The notes beneath the pieces were generated by a model that searched no databases, was not told the origin of the DNA, and was given only the letters and a program-made list of their open reading frames with translations. Below are positions 33,052 to 50,044 of a stretch of 64,000 nt of DNA, one piece after another. This DNA is from the human T2T-CHM13v2.0 reference genome, Homo sapiens: the NCBI RefSeq assembly GCF_009914755.1, contig NC_060933.1; one strand, 5' to 3'. How positions within the stretch are numbered: the stretch's first letter is position 1; every line of letters begins with the position of its first letter. The position numbers and the translations under genes are program-made.

Positions 33052-33388
33052 CTAGGAATGCAGGGGTACAGCTAGCATTCCCTAGCAATCACTCTGTGTC
33101 CTTTCTGTGCGGGGCTGTATAGGTTATGGTGGGATTGGTCCAGATCCACCTTGAAAGCTTGGTGTGGCCTTACTCTATCCTAGGACCTAGGGTTCTAATA
33201 AAGTAGGATCAAGTAGAGACTGGGGTCAACATTCTCAGTCAGGTTTCTCCTGCTGTAGGTTAATGTGTGTGGGGGTGGGGCGGGGGGGCAGGGGTCGAGG
33301 GATGAAGGTGGCTATCTTGGACCTGGAAGGTGGAGCTGGGACTGTAGAGAAGAGAGGAGCCTACAAAATCTCCTTGGTATTCTTCCAG

Positions 33389-33472
33389 ACAGTTTATGAG
33401 ACCTGGTTTATCACATGCTACAGTCTGGTCTACACTTCCCTCCCTGTCCTGTGCATGAGTCTGTTTGATCAG
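33389..33472 (+). pseudogene. ATP8B5P: ATP8B5P TM6 exon (TVYETWFITCYSLVYTSLPVLCMSLFDQ)
   Basis: ttccag acceptor and gtaag donor; conserved YTSLP...FDQ. Confidence 0.9.
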
Positions 33473-34525
33473 GTAAGATCCAGCAGCAAGCCCCTGGTCA
33501 GCGTTGAAGCCCCTGGGCCCTTGAGGAATATCCCTAAGAATGAAGAATACAGCAAGAGCTGGGCTCTACAAAATCCAGTGTAAAGGGAATAATTTCCAGA
33601 GCGGGGAAAAGAGCTCATCACCTAGATAGGTATCATGAGATAAAGTAAAAAATCCTCCTCAACAGAGAATAATCCTCAGTTTTAGCCAAGTTTTCCTGTA
33701 TCAATTTTATCTTTGTAGAGAGAAACATGGAAATTGTGCTGTACAGTAAATTGAGTATATATAAAAGTAATTAAAATATATATGGAAAAATAAGGAAAAA
33801 TTAAATAACATAAGCAGAATATGAATGGAAAAAAATAAAGAAAAGAAAATAGAGTTATTGGGGTAGGACTGGGTAACGTATGGGACTTCAAAAAGGAGAG
33901 ACTCCTTCAGCGATAATGAGGATGAGATAAGCCAAAGCAGGAGGGCCTGGGAGGGAGTCCTGAAGGCCAGGCATGGGAGTATGGGTGTGATAGTTTATAT
34001 CATAAGGAGCCAGACTAAGGGATACCGTCTGTCCCTGTCAGAAATTGAGGGTCCTGGGACCCTACCTCTCCCTTGTCTTCTACCCCAACCTCTAGTCCTG
34101 GGCACATGGAGTAGAAAATGAGTCTCCAAAAAGGAATAAAGTAGCTGAAATAGGACATCATGGGATCATGGCTCTTGGTCTCCATGGGAAATAGCTCTAA
34201 AGGAAATTCTCCAGGAAGTAACTGCTAACCTCAGAACAACAAGAGGGGTGGGTTGTATTACTCAACAGTCCATCCAGCTTCAGTGGCCTAATTCTAGGGA
34301 TCCATCTCTGAAGCCAGCCCCAAGCTTTGTATCCAAAGTTTCAGAGTTAGGAGATGAAGATGATCCAATGACATCCACTTTGAGTAATTTTTTCACCTTC
34401 AGTTCACCAGTAGCTATGGGAGTGGGAGAAACCTCACAGAACATGAATACCTCTAAAAGACTAACTGGTCCCCATTGATGTTGCTTTCTCCCATATTGAC
34501 TTTTGGCATAAAGAATATTCAACTA

Positions 34526-34810
<285 letters not shown>

Positions 34811-35191
34811 CTGAAAGAACTCTTACACCTGGGGACTTATGTCCCAGCTGCCTCCCCCATCTCAAGCTCCAGTCCTCCCTCCCAGCTACCCACAAGCCTA
34901 GTTGCTCCCTTTCATAACTCCCCAATTCTAACTCCCTCCAAGTCCTTCCCAGCATCCCGAACTTCTCCCAGCTTCCTTCCACTACCCAGATCCTTGCCTA
35001 GAGAGTAGGACTTCAGGAAGGGTCTGTGGTCACTGCTGTGTTCTCTGGTTCCACTTCTCCAGTAACCCATAAGGAAGCTCCTAGGCAGCCTGGCAGCAGA
35101 CCTGGTGAGGGGAGAAGCCTCTACTCTGATGGAGATGGGACCTTCTATGGAGAGACCCTGAGCCTCCCTCCTTACCCTCGGGTGCTTCCAG

Positions 35192-35437
35192 GATGTGAAT
35201 GAGACATGGAGCCTCCATTTCCCAGAGCTGTATGAGCCAGGCCAGCACAACCTCTATTTCAACAAGAAAGAATTTGTGAAGTGTTTAATGCATGGGATCT
35301 ACAGTTCCTTCGTGTTGTTCTTTGTCCCCATGGGGGCTCTTTACAATGCAGAACGAAATGATGGGAAGGACATCTCCGACTACCAGTCCTTCTCCCTGGT
35401 GGTGCAGACCTCCTTGATCTGGGTGGTCGCAATGCAG
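35192..35437 (+). pseudogene. ATP8B5P: ATP8B5P TM7-8 exon (DVNETWSLHFPELYEPGQ...DYQSF...VVAMQ)
   Basis: ttccag acceptor and gtgtgg donor; P.LY.PGQ and DYQSF motifs. Confidence 0.9.
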
Positions 35438-35606
35438 GTGTGGCCAGTGGTGGTGGGGGTAAGGGGATTGGGTGGGGGCCTCTCTGAAAGAGTGGGAGGA
35501 ATAGAGGGTGAGAGTGTGGGAAGGGAGCAACCTTCATTACATAATTGGAGGGGGGAGGTAGCTGACAGGTCCCAGGTTACAGGTCCCATAAGAGGGTACT
35601 TTTCAG

Positions 35607-35745
35607 ATCGCCCTGAGGACAACCTACTGGACAATGATAAACCATGTTGTCATCTGGGGTAGCCTGGGTTTCTACTTTTGGGTGTCATTCCTCCTGTACA
35701 GCGATGGCTTGTGTCTAGTATTCCCTGACGTCTTCCAATTCCTAG
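35607..35745 (+). pseudogene. ATP8B5P: ATP8B5P TM9 exon (IALRTTYWTMINHVVIWGS...FPDVFQFLG)
   Basis: tttcag acceptor and gtaag donor; YWT.INH..IWGS motif. Confidence 0.9.
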
Positions 35746-36184
35746 GTAAGGCCCTGCCCAGTGGGCGGAGGGTGGGGAACCAGGTATATTTATTTAATAA
35801 ATGTTTACCGAGAAGCCATTACTATGTGCTAGGCTAGAGATATAAATAAGACATGGTCTCTGCCCTAAAAGGGCTCAAAATGTAGCTAGGGAAATAAGTT
35901 ACCTTATTTGAGTTTCCAAGGTATTTTCAAATGTCTTACGAGATTTGCTATTTATCAGCATCCTAAGAGGTAGGCAGTGCAACAATTTTTAGAGCCATTT
36001 TAGACACCGGAGGGTTTTTTTTTAATTAAAGGACTTAAATCTAGGTTTCCTGGTTCCAGTTCAATGTCCTTTATGCTGTGGCATATCGCCTTGTTGTCTC
36101 CCATAATTTTTCCCTCTCTCTCATCTCCACTTTGCTGAAGACAAAATATAGAGAGTAGATATGTAGATGTAGTTGGCTCCCATC

Positions 36185-36496
<312 letters not shown>

Positions 36497-36945
36497 TGTC
36501 TCTCACCTTTTGTCAGGCCACTAACTTATTTTTCTCCTTCAAATCTTTTTTTTTCTTTTTTTAATTTTTTTTTTTTACCTTTTTTATTTTTATTTTTTTG
36601 TTTTTTCCTCCTCCAAAGCTTTCTTTCCCATTTTTGGATGCAAGCCAGTGCTCTAGGATTCCCTCATAACTTACCCCTGCTCTCCTATCCTGCCCTACCC
36701 TGCCCTGCCTTTAGAGGGAGAGAGAGGCACATGGATTCACAGTGACTTTGGCTGCACAAAGGACCCAACTACAATTCTTTTGTATTTATATTATTTCTCA
36801 GGAGCCTAAACTAACTACAAGTCAGTAACTTCCTTCTTTGGACTAGAGAGGTGTCTACGTTCTGGCTGGTAACTCCTACCCCTGGTCCTACCCCGGTCCT
36901 CCAGGCTCTGTTTCAGCCTTTCCCCTCCTGGCTCACTGTTTACAG

Positions 36946-37076
36946 GTGTGGTCAGGAATTCTCTGAACCAGCCGCAAATGCTGCTGAGCATTATCCTCAG
37001 TGTGGTCCTCTGTATGTTGCCTGTGATTGGGCACCAATTTCTTAAACCACTATTCTGGCCTATCAGCATGGACAAA
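36946..37076 (+). pseudogene. ATP8B5P: ATP8B5P TM10 exon (VVRNSLNQPQMLLSIILSVVLCMLPV...PISMDK)
   Basis: ttacag acceptor and gtaag donor. Confidence 0.88.
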
Positions 37077-37173
37077 GTAAGTGCAACAGAAAATCTACGC
37101 AGATATAATTCATGACCTTCTTTTGCTTTTGCCTCTGTGGATGAAAACCCTATCCCCCATGCTCTGGCTATAG

Positions 37174-37463
37174 GTTTTTGACAGAATTCAAGAGTGCAGG
37201 AGACTTCCACAGCAGTCCCCAGTCTGGACCAAACTGAAACACTCAAGCACTCGACGTTCTGCCTATGCATTCTCCCATAAACAAGGCTTTGGGGCCCTCA
37301 TCACTTCTGGCAAGATAGTGAAGCCCAGGATGTCCAAGAGAAACACCCTTTTTTTGAAAAAGATAGAGGCCCTAGGGAAATTCCAAAGGAGGCAGTCAGT
37401 GCTCTTCCTCCCTCGTACTCATGCAACTTAGGAAGAATTAGAGTCCCTGGGAAACCAGCATAA
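37174..37463 (+). pseudogene. ATP8B5P: ATP8B5P last coding exon with C-terminal RRSAYAFSH autoinhibitory motif
   Basis: ctatag acceptor; reads VFDRIQ...STRRSAYAFSHKQGFGALITSGK...; in-frame TAA at 37461. Confidence 0.85.
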
Positions 37464-37809
37464 ACCTGCTCCTTCATTCTCACTAGGGACTAAGCCTCTT
37501 AATTGTCCAGAAGGCTATTCCCAGAAAGGCAAGGAGGGGTAAGGAAAGAGCCCCCAGATATCTGCCAGAGTTGCAGCATTTCAAGAAAAAGAAAAAAAAA
37601 GCAACCTCAGGCCTGCCTCCCACCATCTCTTGCAAGTTTTAATCCAGACAAGCATATGTAGAGGTAGGGGGTGACAAGAGACAGTATGGGGAAGGGAAAA
37701 GAAGATGGAACCTAAGAATTTTACTTTGGGCCCTATCTCCTATACTCAGAGCAAGCATAAACCTTCCCAGGGCCCTACACAAACATATTCCCATCGAGGC
37801 ATCACATAA

Positions 37810-37815
37810 AATAAA
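37810..37815 (+). terminator. Candidate polyadenylation signal of ATP8B5P
   Basis: First AATAAA I see after the last exon's stop codon. Confidence 0.45.
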
Positions 37816-38311
37816 ATCAACCATTTAAAAAGGTATAATTTAGTGACAATTACTTCCCATTTATAAGCAAGGGATGCATGAGTGCTACCCATAGACCGGA
37901 TATGGGCCATGTCTTTAGCGTTTCTTGATCTCGTTAGATAAATTATCTGAAATTTTGAGGAGACTTCAGCAGAAAGAAGCAGGGGATATGCTGTCAAATG
38001 CCTGTGGATTTATACTAAGAAAGAAAGAAGGGGCATAAGGAAAATTTTCTTTATCTCGATTTTGGAGGTGGTTACATGGGTATGTATTTGTCAAAATTCA
38101 TTGACCTGTATACTTAAGATTTATACATTTTATTTTATGTAAACTATATCTCAATAAAGTTGAGTTTTTTAATGTCTAGAAATTTTTAATGGAGTTGTAA
38201 GTGACCAACCACAGGAGCCAGATTCACCCACACTGAAGTAACTCACTATAGAAGAGATATCTCCACCAATGGGGAGAGAATTTCTGAAGAACCTATAAAA
38301 GGACCTCTTGA

Positions 38312-38644
<333 letters not shown>

Positions 38645-38974
38645 CTTATCTGCCAAGCCTTAAAATTAGTTTATGACTGTATTAGTCAAGTAAAGGCTTT
38701 CTTCATCTCTTCCCTCTCCTGTCCTGCTTAAGCCCCGGAGAAAAAAGAATTAGCAAGCTGAAGGAGGGAGGAGGGGTAAGTAGAAAAACAGACATCTACA
38801 AAGCCCACTGAACCTGGCCACATGCAGCAGCCCAGCTGAAAGATAAGGAAAAGCATTAATTGTAAAGGTTGAAGTTTTTAAAAATTATTTCATTAAATCA
38901 CTTTAACTACTAAAGCGAAACTTAAAGTGACAAGTACTGGTTGCTACTAAAAAGGACCATTCACTAAGTACATT

Positions 38975-39600
38975 TTGCATCAGCACTTGTTCCTTCACCT
39001 TGTACTTTTATGTTATAGAGACGACTTCTTTCTGTAAACCTCATGAACCCACCTCTGTTGGCATCCAACTTTTCTTCTGTAACTTCTTCCCCAGCCTTCA
39101 TAGAATTGAAGAGAGTTAGGGCCTTGCTCTGGATTAGGTTTTGGCTTAAGGGAATACTGTGGCTGGTTTCAGCTTCTATACAGACCACTCAAACTTTCTC
39201 TGTATCTGCAATAAGGCTGTTTTGCTTTCTTATTTGTGTGTTCACTGGAATAGCACTTTTAATTTCCTTCAATAACTTTTCCTTTGCATTCACAACTTGG
39301 CTAACTGGTATAAGAGGCCTAGCTTTCAGCCTGTCTTGGCTTTCGACATGCCTTCCTCAATAATCTTAATCGTTTCTAGCTTTTTATTTCAAGTGACAGA
39401 TATGTGACTCTTCCTTTCACTTGAACACTTAGAGGCCATTTAGGGTTATTAATTGGCCTGATTTCAATATTGTTGTGTCTCAGGGAATAGGGAGGCCTGA
39501 GGAGAGGTAAAGATGGGAATGACGGGTTGGTGGAGCAGTCAGAACAGGCATTTATTAAGTTTGGCATCTTCTATAGGCGCAGTTCGTGGTGCCCCAAAGA
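38975..39600 (-). mobile_element. Tigger1 DNA transposon fragment
   Basis: Translation [23 protein letters not shown]...[26 protein letters not shown] matches the Tigger1 (pogo/CENP-B-like) transposase. Confidence 0.88.
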
Positions 39601-39972
39601 AATGAACAAGGAACACTGTCCTAGCCCCAACATATCCCTGTGATTCCAGCTCCAAATTATCTACCAAATCTTCTAAGATTCATGAAAAGCGTTTTGGAAA
39701 AGACACATCATTTGGAGGATCCTGGGAGTCATTCAAGACTATTTGCTGTATGTTACCCCACCCACCCCCATGACACATTCAATTAATCACTAAATTCTAC
39801 AGATTTCTATACCCTAAATCATCCTTGAATCTATCTCCTCTTATCTAAGCCTTCAGCCACTGCCCTAATTCAGACTCTTTCAGTTCTCATCATAATTATC
39901 AATCTCCTAACTGGTTGATTGATTACCTTCCTGTAATTCAATATCCACACTCCTACTGAAGTGAGATTTCTA

Positions 39973-42950
<2,978 letters not shown>

Positions 42951-42980
42951 TAAGAGTCTTCTCAATGGGTGATATGGTTT

Positions 42981-44215
42981 TGTTAGTGGTGGAAGAGGTC
43001 TGAGTTACCCCAAGTTACCTGCAGCCTATCCTTATGGGTCTGTAGCAACTTTAGTCCTTGCTTCATCAGAAGAAAGAATTCGACTGTGGGGCAGAAAGCA
43101 GAAAAAGAGACCAAGGCAAGTTCCAGAGTAGGAATGGAAGTTTATTTAAAAAGGCCTTAGAACAGGAAAGAAAGGAAGGTGCGCTTGGAAGAAACCCAAG
43201 CGGGCACGTGAAGGTTAAAGAGAGAAGGTCAAGTGCCTAACCAAGATCCTAGGACTTTTACAGGCTGGCCTCTTTCCCATGATTCTTCCCTTAGAGTGGG
43301 CTTCCCGAATGCGCAGTGCTTTCCTTCCCGTTTTCCGGTGGAGGGTGCCCCCAGGAGATCATACGTCACCATTTTTGTCTCTTAACACGCATGCCCAGAA
43401 AGTTGCTTCTCCCTGAGGCCTGCATTCAATTAGCATTTTGATGTTAACATGTGTGGACCATCAGGAAATGGCCTCTCCCTGGCCCAGCCGAATTATCCTT
43501 TTTAAAGAAGCAATGAGGTAATTATGGAACTGTCACTGGTAGAGGGTCTGACTGCAAGTTGTCCAGGTTCTTGGCGTTTTGAACAAAGAATTGGACAAAA
43601 CGCCCAGCAAAGCAAAGAAAGAATGAAGGAACAAAAGAAGGAAAGCAGGGATGTATTGAAAACGAAAGCACACTCCACAGTGTGGGAGCAGCCGGAGCAG
43701 CGGCTCAAGGGCCAGGAAACAGAATCTTCTTGGGTCCAAATACCCCCTAGAAGTTACCCGCCACTTCATGCTCACCTCATGTAAATGAATTCGTAGCCTG
43801 CAATCAGTCTGATTGGTTGCAGAAAGCAGCCAAGCAGAGGCTGAAGTGAAGTTACAAAGGTCGCACACCTGTGCAAACATCTGATTGGTTGCAAGAAGCA
43901 ACCAATCAGAGGCTAGGGTGAAGTTACAAAGTTATACTTCTATGCAAAGTTAGACTCGGCTGCAGTCAGTCTAATTGGTTGCAGATAGCCAATTTCCCAT
44001 CTGCTGGGCAGAAAAGTTGGGTGGGGGGTTTGTTACTTAGGTGTGGAAAGTTAGGGTTTTCCTTTCAATTTAGTTCCAGGAAGTTGGCATGAACCAGTCT
44101 TAGGTTCCCTGCCTCCAGTCCCTATTCTCCTGCCTCAGAACCATCACCCAACATCCCTAGTGGGTAGCAGGGGAGAACCCTCTCCTGCCCCGCTCATGCC
44201 TAACTACCTGTAACA
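42981..44215 (-). mobile_element. ERV1 solo LTR (MER83/MER50-like) nested in THE1
   Basis: TG...CA ends; TSD gttt at 42977-80 and 44216-19; minus strand starts TGTTACAGGTAGTTAGGCATGAGCGGGGCAGG. Subfamily tentative. Confidence 0.7.
43531..44137 (-). mobile_element. MER51-type solo LTR, innermost
   Basis: Minus strand starts TGAGGCAGGAGAATAGGG; TSD gaac at 43527-30 and 44138-41; repeated CCAAT/ATTGG boxes. Confidence 0.8.
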
Positions 44216-44849
44216 GTTTGGCTGTGTCCCCACCCAAAATCTCATCTTGAATTGTAATTCCCATAATCCCCCTGTGTCAAGGGCGGGAACAGGTGGAGGT
44301 AATTGGATGATGGGGCTGGTTTCCCCTGCGCCCTTCTCGTGACAGTGAGTGAGTCCCACAAGATCTGATGATTTTATAAGCGTCTGGCATTTCCCTTGCC
44401 TGCACTCACTCTGTCCTGCCACCCTGCGAAAAGGATGGCTACTTCTTTGCCTTTTGCCATGATTATAAGCTTCCTGAGGCCTCGCCAACAATGCGGAACT
44501 GTGAGTCAGACCTCTTTCCTTCATAGTATTTCTTCATAGCAGTGTCAGAACGGACTAATACAGTGGGTTTCCCATAACATTTGCAGGACTGCCTGCCCCA
44601 TCCCCCTCTGGCTGTAAACAGCAGGAGTCACACACAGGCATCTTCCATGTCCCCCACACATCCGGCCCTGAAGGGCAGGGGGCGCATGGGTTCTACGTTT
44701 CATCAGGGGTTCCGAACCCTGGCTATGCACTGGAGGCCAACCCCACCTCACCCCACCCCACTCCACCCCAGTGGTTCTGAGTCGGTCCAGTGTGAGGTCA
44801 GCCCTCCTTCTGTTGTTTGGTTAGTTTCCACACTAGGTTCTACTGGGAA

Positions 44850-45900
44850 GCCAGCGTTGAGAACCGCCGCCTCAGGCGAAGCTGGGACTCACACCCACCG
44901 GCCCTGGAGGCCCGCGGAAGGTTTCCCTGGGTTCCAGCACCCGGGAGCCGCGCGTCGCCAGGCACCACCCCGCGGGGGCGGGCGCGGGCCGCAGAAGATT
45001 GGGCCACGGCGGAAGCCTCTCCGCTCCCTTAGCGGGAAAGCTCTGCGCGTGACTCGGCTGCGCCCATCGCTGCGGGAGCCGGGGAGGGGGCGAGCACCTT
45101 AGGCCGGGCGGACCGAACCAACGCGCCGCCCGGAGGGGCGGCCTGAGGGCAACCCAGATCGGACCATCGCGCCACGCCGACAGGGGCCGGCCTTTCCAAC
45201 CCGCCCGGAGGGAGGGGCCGCCGGCGCCTCTAGCCTGCAACGCGACCCCTGGAGGGCGAGACACGCCGCCGCCGCCGCCGCCGCCGGCGCGGAAGGACGA
45301 GGCTGAGGCGAGAAACGAGGTAGGAACGCCTCTCCGGAGGCGGGCAGGGTCCCACAGACCCACTGCCCCGCGTTCCAAGGTCTCCCTTAGGGGAGGGCCT
45401 GTCTTCCCACCTATGTGCCTTCAGCGCCTGCCCTTCCCTTCAGCCCTTCCCCCTCGGCTGCACCCGCCCTCTGCGTCCGCCCCGACCCCCTGGGCAGACC
45501 TCGTCCCCAGCCCTTCTGACCCTTGGCCTTCTCCTGACCCTTCAGCTCTGCGTCCACCGGACCTTCAAACACCCAGCACCCACCGTCCCTTTGGGCGCCA
45601 CCCCAGATGCATCCCCAACCGTCTCCTCAAACTGCCCCCTTGGGGACACCCTCCCCCCACAAAACGACTCGCGCCCAGTAGTCACCTTGGTACCCCAAGT
45701 CCCTGTGACGGCTTTGGGGAAGCGTGGCCGCCCGGCACCCAGGCCGGCGACTGCAGCGGGGGCCTCCCTACTGCCAGTTCCCGGCCGGGTCCTCTGCTCC
45801 CTCCACCCTTTTAGCCCCTGCCTCCCTTTATTATCCGCCCGGCGCCGGCGTTGCTTCAGTCTCTGTCTCTCTGTCATCCAGTTTTACCTGGAGAAAACCT
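44850..45900 (+). promoter_or_regulatory. CpG island / promoter
   Basis: Very high GC and CpG density, GC boxes (gggcgg), ATTGG at ~44998. Confidence 0.9.
45235..45319 (+). other. RUSC2: Probable non-coding first exon, likely RUSC2 (start approximate)
   Basis: (GCC)7 at 45265-45285, then donor GAG|gtagga at 45320; no coding exon seen downstream in the window. Gene identity rests only on recalled adjacency to ATP8B5P. Confidence 0.6.
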
Positions 45901-46815
45901 TTGGCTTGGCAGTAACCGTCCCCTACTACTGCACTCACTTGCCGCGAAGGGCACGGTGATCCTGTTGCCCACAGTTGGCTGTGGCCCTCCAGGCCGGCCC
46001 TGCGGACACGGGGAACTGTCCTGGGGGCAAGGACGGTACACTACTCATCTTTGTATCCCCGGTCCCCAGCACGGTGCCTGGCACATGGTAGTGTTGCTGG
46101 TGGAGGGTCTTCACTACCAGTTGTCCTTTGCGTTTTGAACAAGTAATTGAGCAGCGGAGGAATGAAACGCAGGAACAAGTAGATCTGAGTCAGGCAAGGA
46201 TTACCACTATGTGAACAGTGTCCGTGATAAAGAACACAGGCCTTAAAAAAAAAAAAAAGGCGGAATTTACAAAGGACAAAGGGCCTGAAACCTGTTTTTA
46301 TTTATTCCTAGGTGGGTGACCTGAGCAGATTTAGTTTCCTGGGGGTTTGGGTTCCACGCGGAAGCAGGTGGTATCGCTGAGGGATGAAACAATGGCTGGA
46401 AAGCTGTAGGAGTTGATAAGGTAGAAAGTAGTTACCTAATTAGTAGTGGCATTATTGTAACTGGGGCTCAAAGTATTAGCAAATAAAAGTAGTGACTGGA
46501 TTTTCTTAGCCGGCTCCTTAGATATTAAGCAGTGGTGGATGGCTTAATGGAAGGAAGAGCAGATCCAAACAGTATACCTGGTATTCTGTTAGTTATGCCC
46601 GTCCTGCTGTATGGCCAGCCACTGTTTCTCTTCTGTTTTGAGCCAGGTTAGGATCCCTCTGATTTCTGTGCTGGTATTTAAGATTCCTTTTTGAAGCCAC
46701 AGTTGCCTTAACTGGAGGCTGGACATGTTCTCATTCATCCATTGCTAGTTTTGATGTATCCTTTTCCGCTTTCTGTCTCCCACCCTCTTACATGTCTTTA
46801 TAAAGTCTTGGATCA

Positions 46816-47212
<397 letters not shown>

Positions 47213-49314
47213 TTAATGGCCTTTTCTACTTTTTCCTGTCTAGGCTTCCTGTTAAGACCTCAGTTACCCCAGAACACCCTGGGTTATTTTTCTCCTCACC
47301 TCCAATACTTCAGTGTTGCCAGATAAAACGCAGAGTGCCCAGTTAAATTTGAATTTCAAATAAACAACAGGGAGTCCTGTATTTTTACTTGCTAAATCTG
47401 GCAAGTTCATGGGAGGGCTTATGTGTTCTATTTTTCTCTCTGGGCTTATCTGCAAATTTAGGATAATAACTCACCCTTTTCTTCCTGTTACTCATACACA
47501 ATGACTATGCACCCTGCTAAAAGTCACTTGACTGAAGAGATGGTTCACTTCATGTTAGGGTAAGGGCAGGCTATCTAGAAATGGTCTTGATTGATCAGTG
47601 TTGAAGTTACCCAGGAAAAAAAAAAAACACCCATTCAGACATTGGCATTTAATATAATTTTTGTCAAATGAGTCCGTCATACGAAACGAGAGCATCATTT
47701 TGAGTAGCCAGATGTCAACATTGCTCTGATAGAGCTAGGTGATGGGGTAGAAGGGAATCCTAACAACAACAAAATAACTCAGCAGAACCTGTGCTGTACC
47801 ATATTTACTCTTTATGGTGGTAATATATATATATATAACATAGAATTTACCATTGTAATAATTCTTAAGTGGCATTAAATATATTCACATTATTGTACAA
47901 CCATTACTGATAACAATCTCCAGAACTTTTTTTCATCTTCCCAGACTGAAACTCTGTACCAGTAAGATGCTAACTCCCCATTTCTCCCTACTCCGCCCCA
48001 GGCAACCACCATTCTACTTTCTATCTTTGAATTTGACTACTGGGGGTACCTCATATAAGTGGAATCATGCACTATTTGTCTCTTTGTGACTGGTTTATTT
48101 CGGTTAGCATAATGCCTTTTTTTGTTTTTTGGGTTTTTTTTTAACTTTTATTTTAGGTTCAGGGGTACATATGAGGGTTTGTTATATAGATAAACTCATT
48201 TCACAGGGGTTTGTTGTACAGATTATTTCATCACCCAGGTATTAAACCTGGTACCCAATAGTTATCTTTTCTGCTCCTCTCCCTCCTTCTACCCTCAAGA
48301 AGACCCTGGTGTCTGCTGTTTGTTTCTTTGTGTTTATACATTCCCATCATTTAGCTCTCACTTATAAGTGAGAACATGCAGTATTTGGTTTTCTGTTTCT
48401 GTTAGTTTGCTAAGGATAATAGCCTCCAGCTCCATCTATGTTTCTGCAAAAGACATGATCTCATTCTTTTTTATGGCTGCATAGTATTCCATGGTGTATA
48501 TATACCACATTTTCTTTATCTGGTCTGTCATTGATGGGTATTTAGGTTGATTCCGTGGCTTTGCTATTGTAAATAGTGCTGCAGTTGGTTAGCATAATGT
48601 CTAAAGTTCATCCACTTTATAGCCTGTATCAGAACTTCCCTCCTTTTATTTTTATTTATTTATTTTTTGAAACAGAGTCTCCCTCCATCAACCAGGCTAG
48701 AGTGCAGTGGCACGATCTTGGCTCACTGCAACTTTTGCCTCCCAGTTCAGGTGATTCACATGCCTCAGCCTCCTGAGTAGCTGGAATTACAGGTGCACGC
48801 CACCACGCCCGGCTAATTTTTGTATTGTTAGTAGAGAGGGGGTTTCACCACGTTGGCCAGGCTGGTCTCGAACTTCTGACCTCAAGTGATCCACTAGCCT
48901 CAGCCTCCCAAAGTGCTGGGATTACAGGTGTGAGCCACTGCACCTGGCCAGAATTTCACTCCTTTTAAAGGCTGAATAATATTCCATTGTATGTATACAC
49001 TATATTCTGTTTATTCATCTTTTGATGGATACTTTGGTTGCATCTATCTTTTGGCTATTATGAAAAATGCTGATGTGAACATGAGTGTACAGATATGTTT
49101 GAGTCCCTGCTTTTAGTTCTTGTGGGTATATACCCAGAAGTGGTGTTGCTGGATTGTATGGTAATTTTATGTTTATGTTTATTTATTTATTTATTTATTT
49201 GAGGAACCACTGTTTTCCACAGTGGCTATAGCATTTTACATTCTCATCAGCAATGCATAAGGGCTCCAATTTTTCCACATCCTTGGCAACACTTGTTTTC
49301 TTTTTTTTTTTTTA

Positions 49315-49563
<249 letters not shown>

Positions 49564-50044
49564 TCATGCCCCTGCACTCCAGCTTGAGTGACAGAGCAAA
49601 ACTCCATCTCAAAATAATAATAGTAATATAACCATCCTAAGCAGTGTGAAGTGATATCTCATGATTTTGATTCATATTTCTCTAATGAAAAGATATCGAG
49701 CATTTTTTCATGTATTTCATACCTATCGGCCATTTGTATATCTTTGGAGAAATGCCTATTCAAGTCCTTTGCCCATTCTTGGATTGGGTTGTTTGTCGTT
49801 GAGTTGTAAGAGTTTTTTAATACATTTTGGACATTAATCCATCTCAGATGTATGATTTGCAAATATTTTCTCCTATTCCATGGATTGCCTTTCACTCTGT
49901 TAAAAGTGTCCTTTGATGCACGAAAGTTTTTAAATTTGAAATCTAATTTATCTAATTTTTCTTTTGTTACCTGTGCATTTTGTCTTACCCAAGAATCATT
50001 GCCAAATTAAGTGACATGAAGCTTTCCCTCTGTTTTCTTGTTTT

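Larger units (their letters stand above)
42970..44562 (+). mobile_element. THE1-type MaLR solo LTR split by nested LTRs
   Basis: TGATATGGTTT at 42970 continues as (gttt)ggctgtgtccccacc at 44216 and ends ggactaataca; TSD atggg/gtggg. Confidence 0.85.

Noticed and set aside
44581-46138. 110-170 aa ORFs on both strands
   Set aside because: GC-rich CpG-island artefacts with no recognisable domain.
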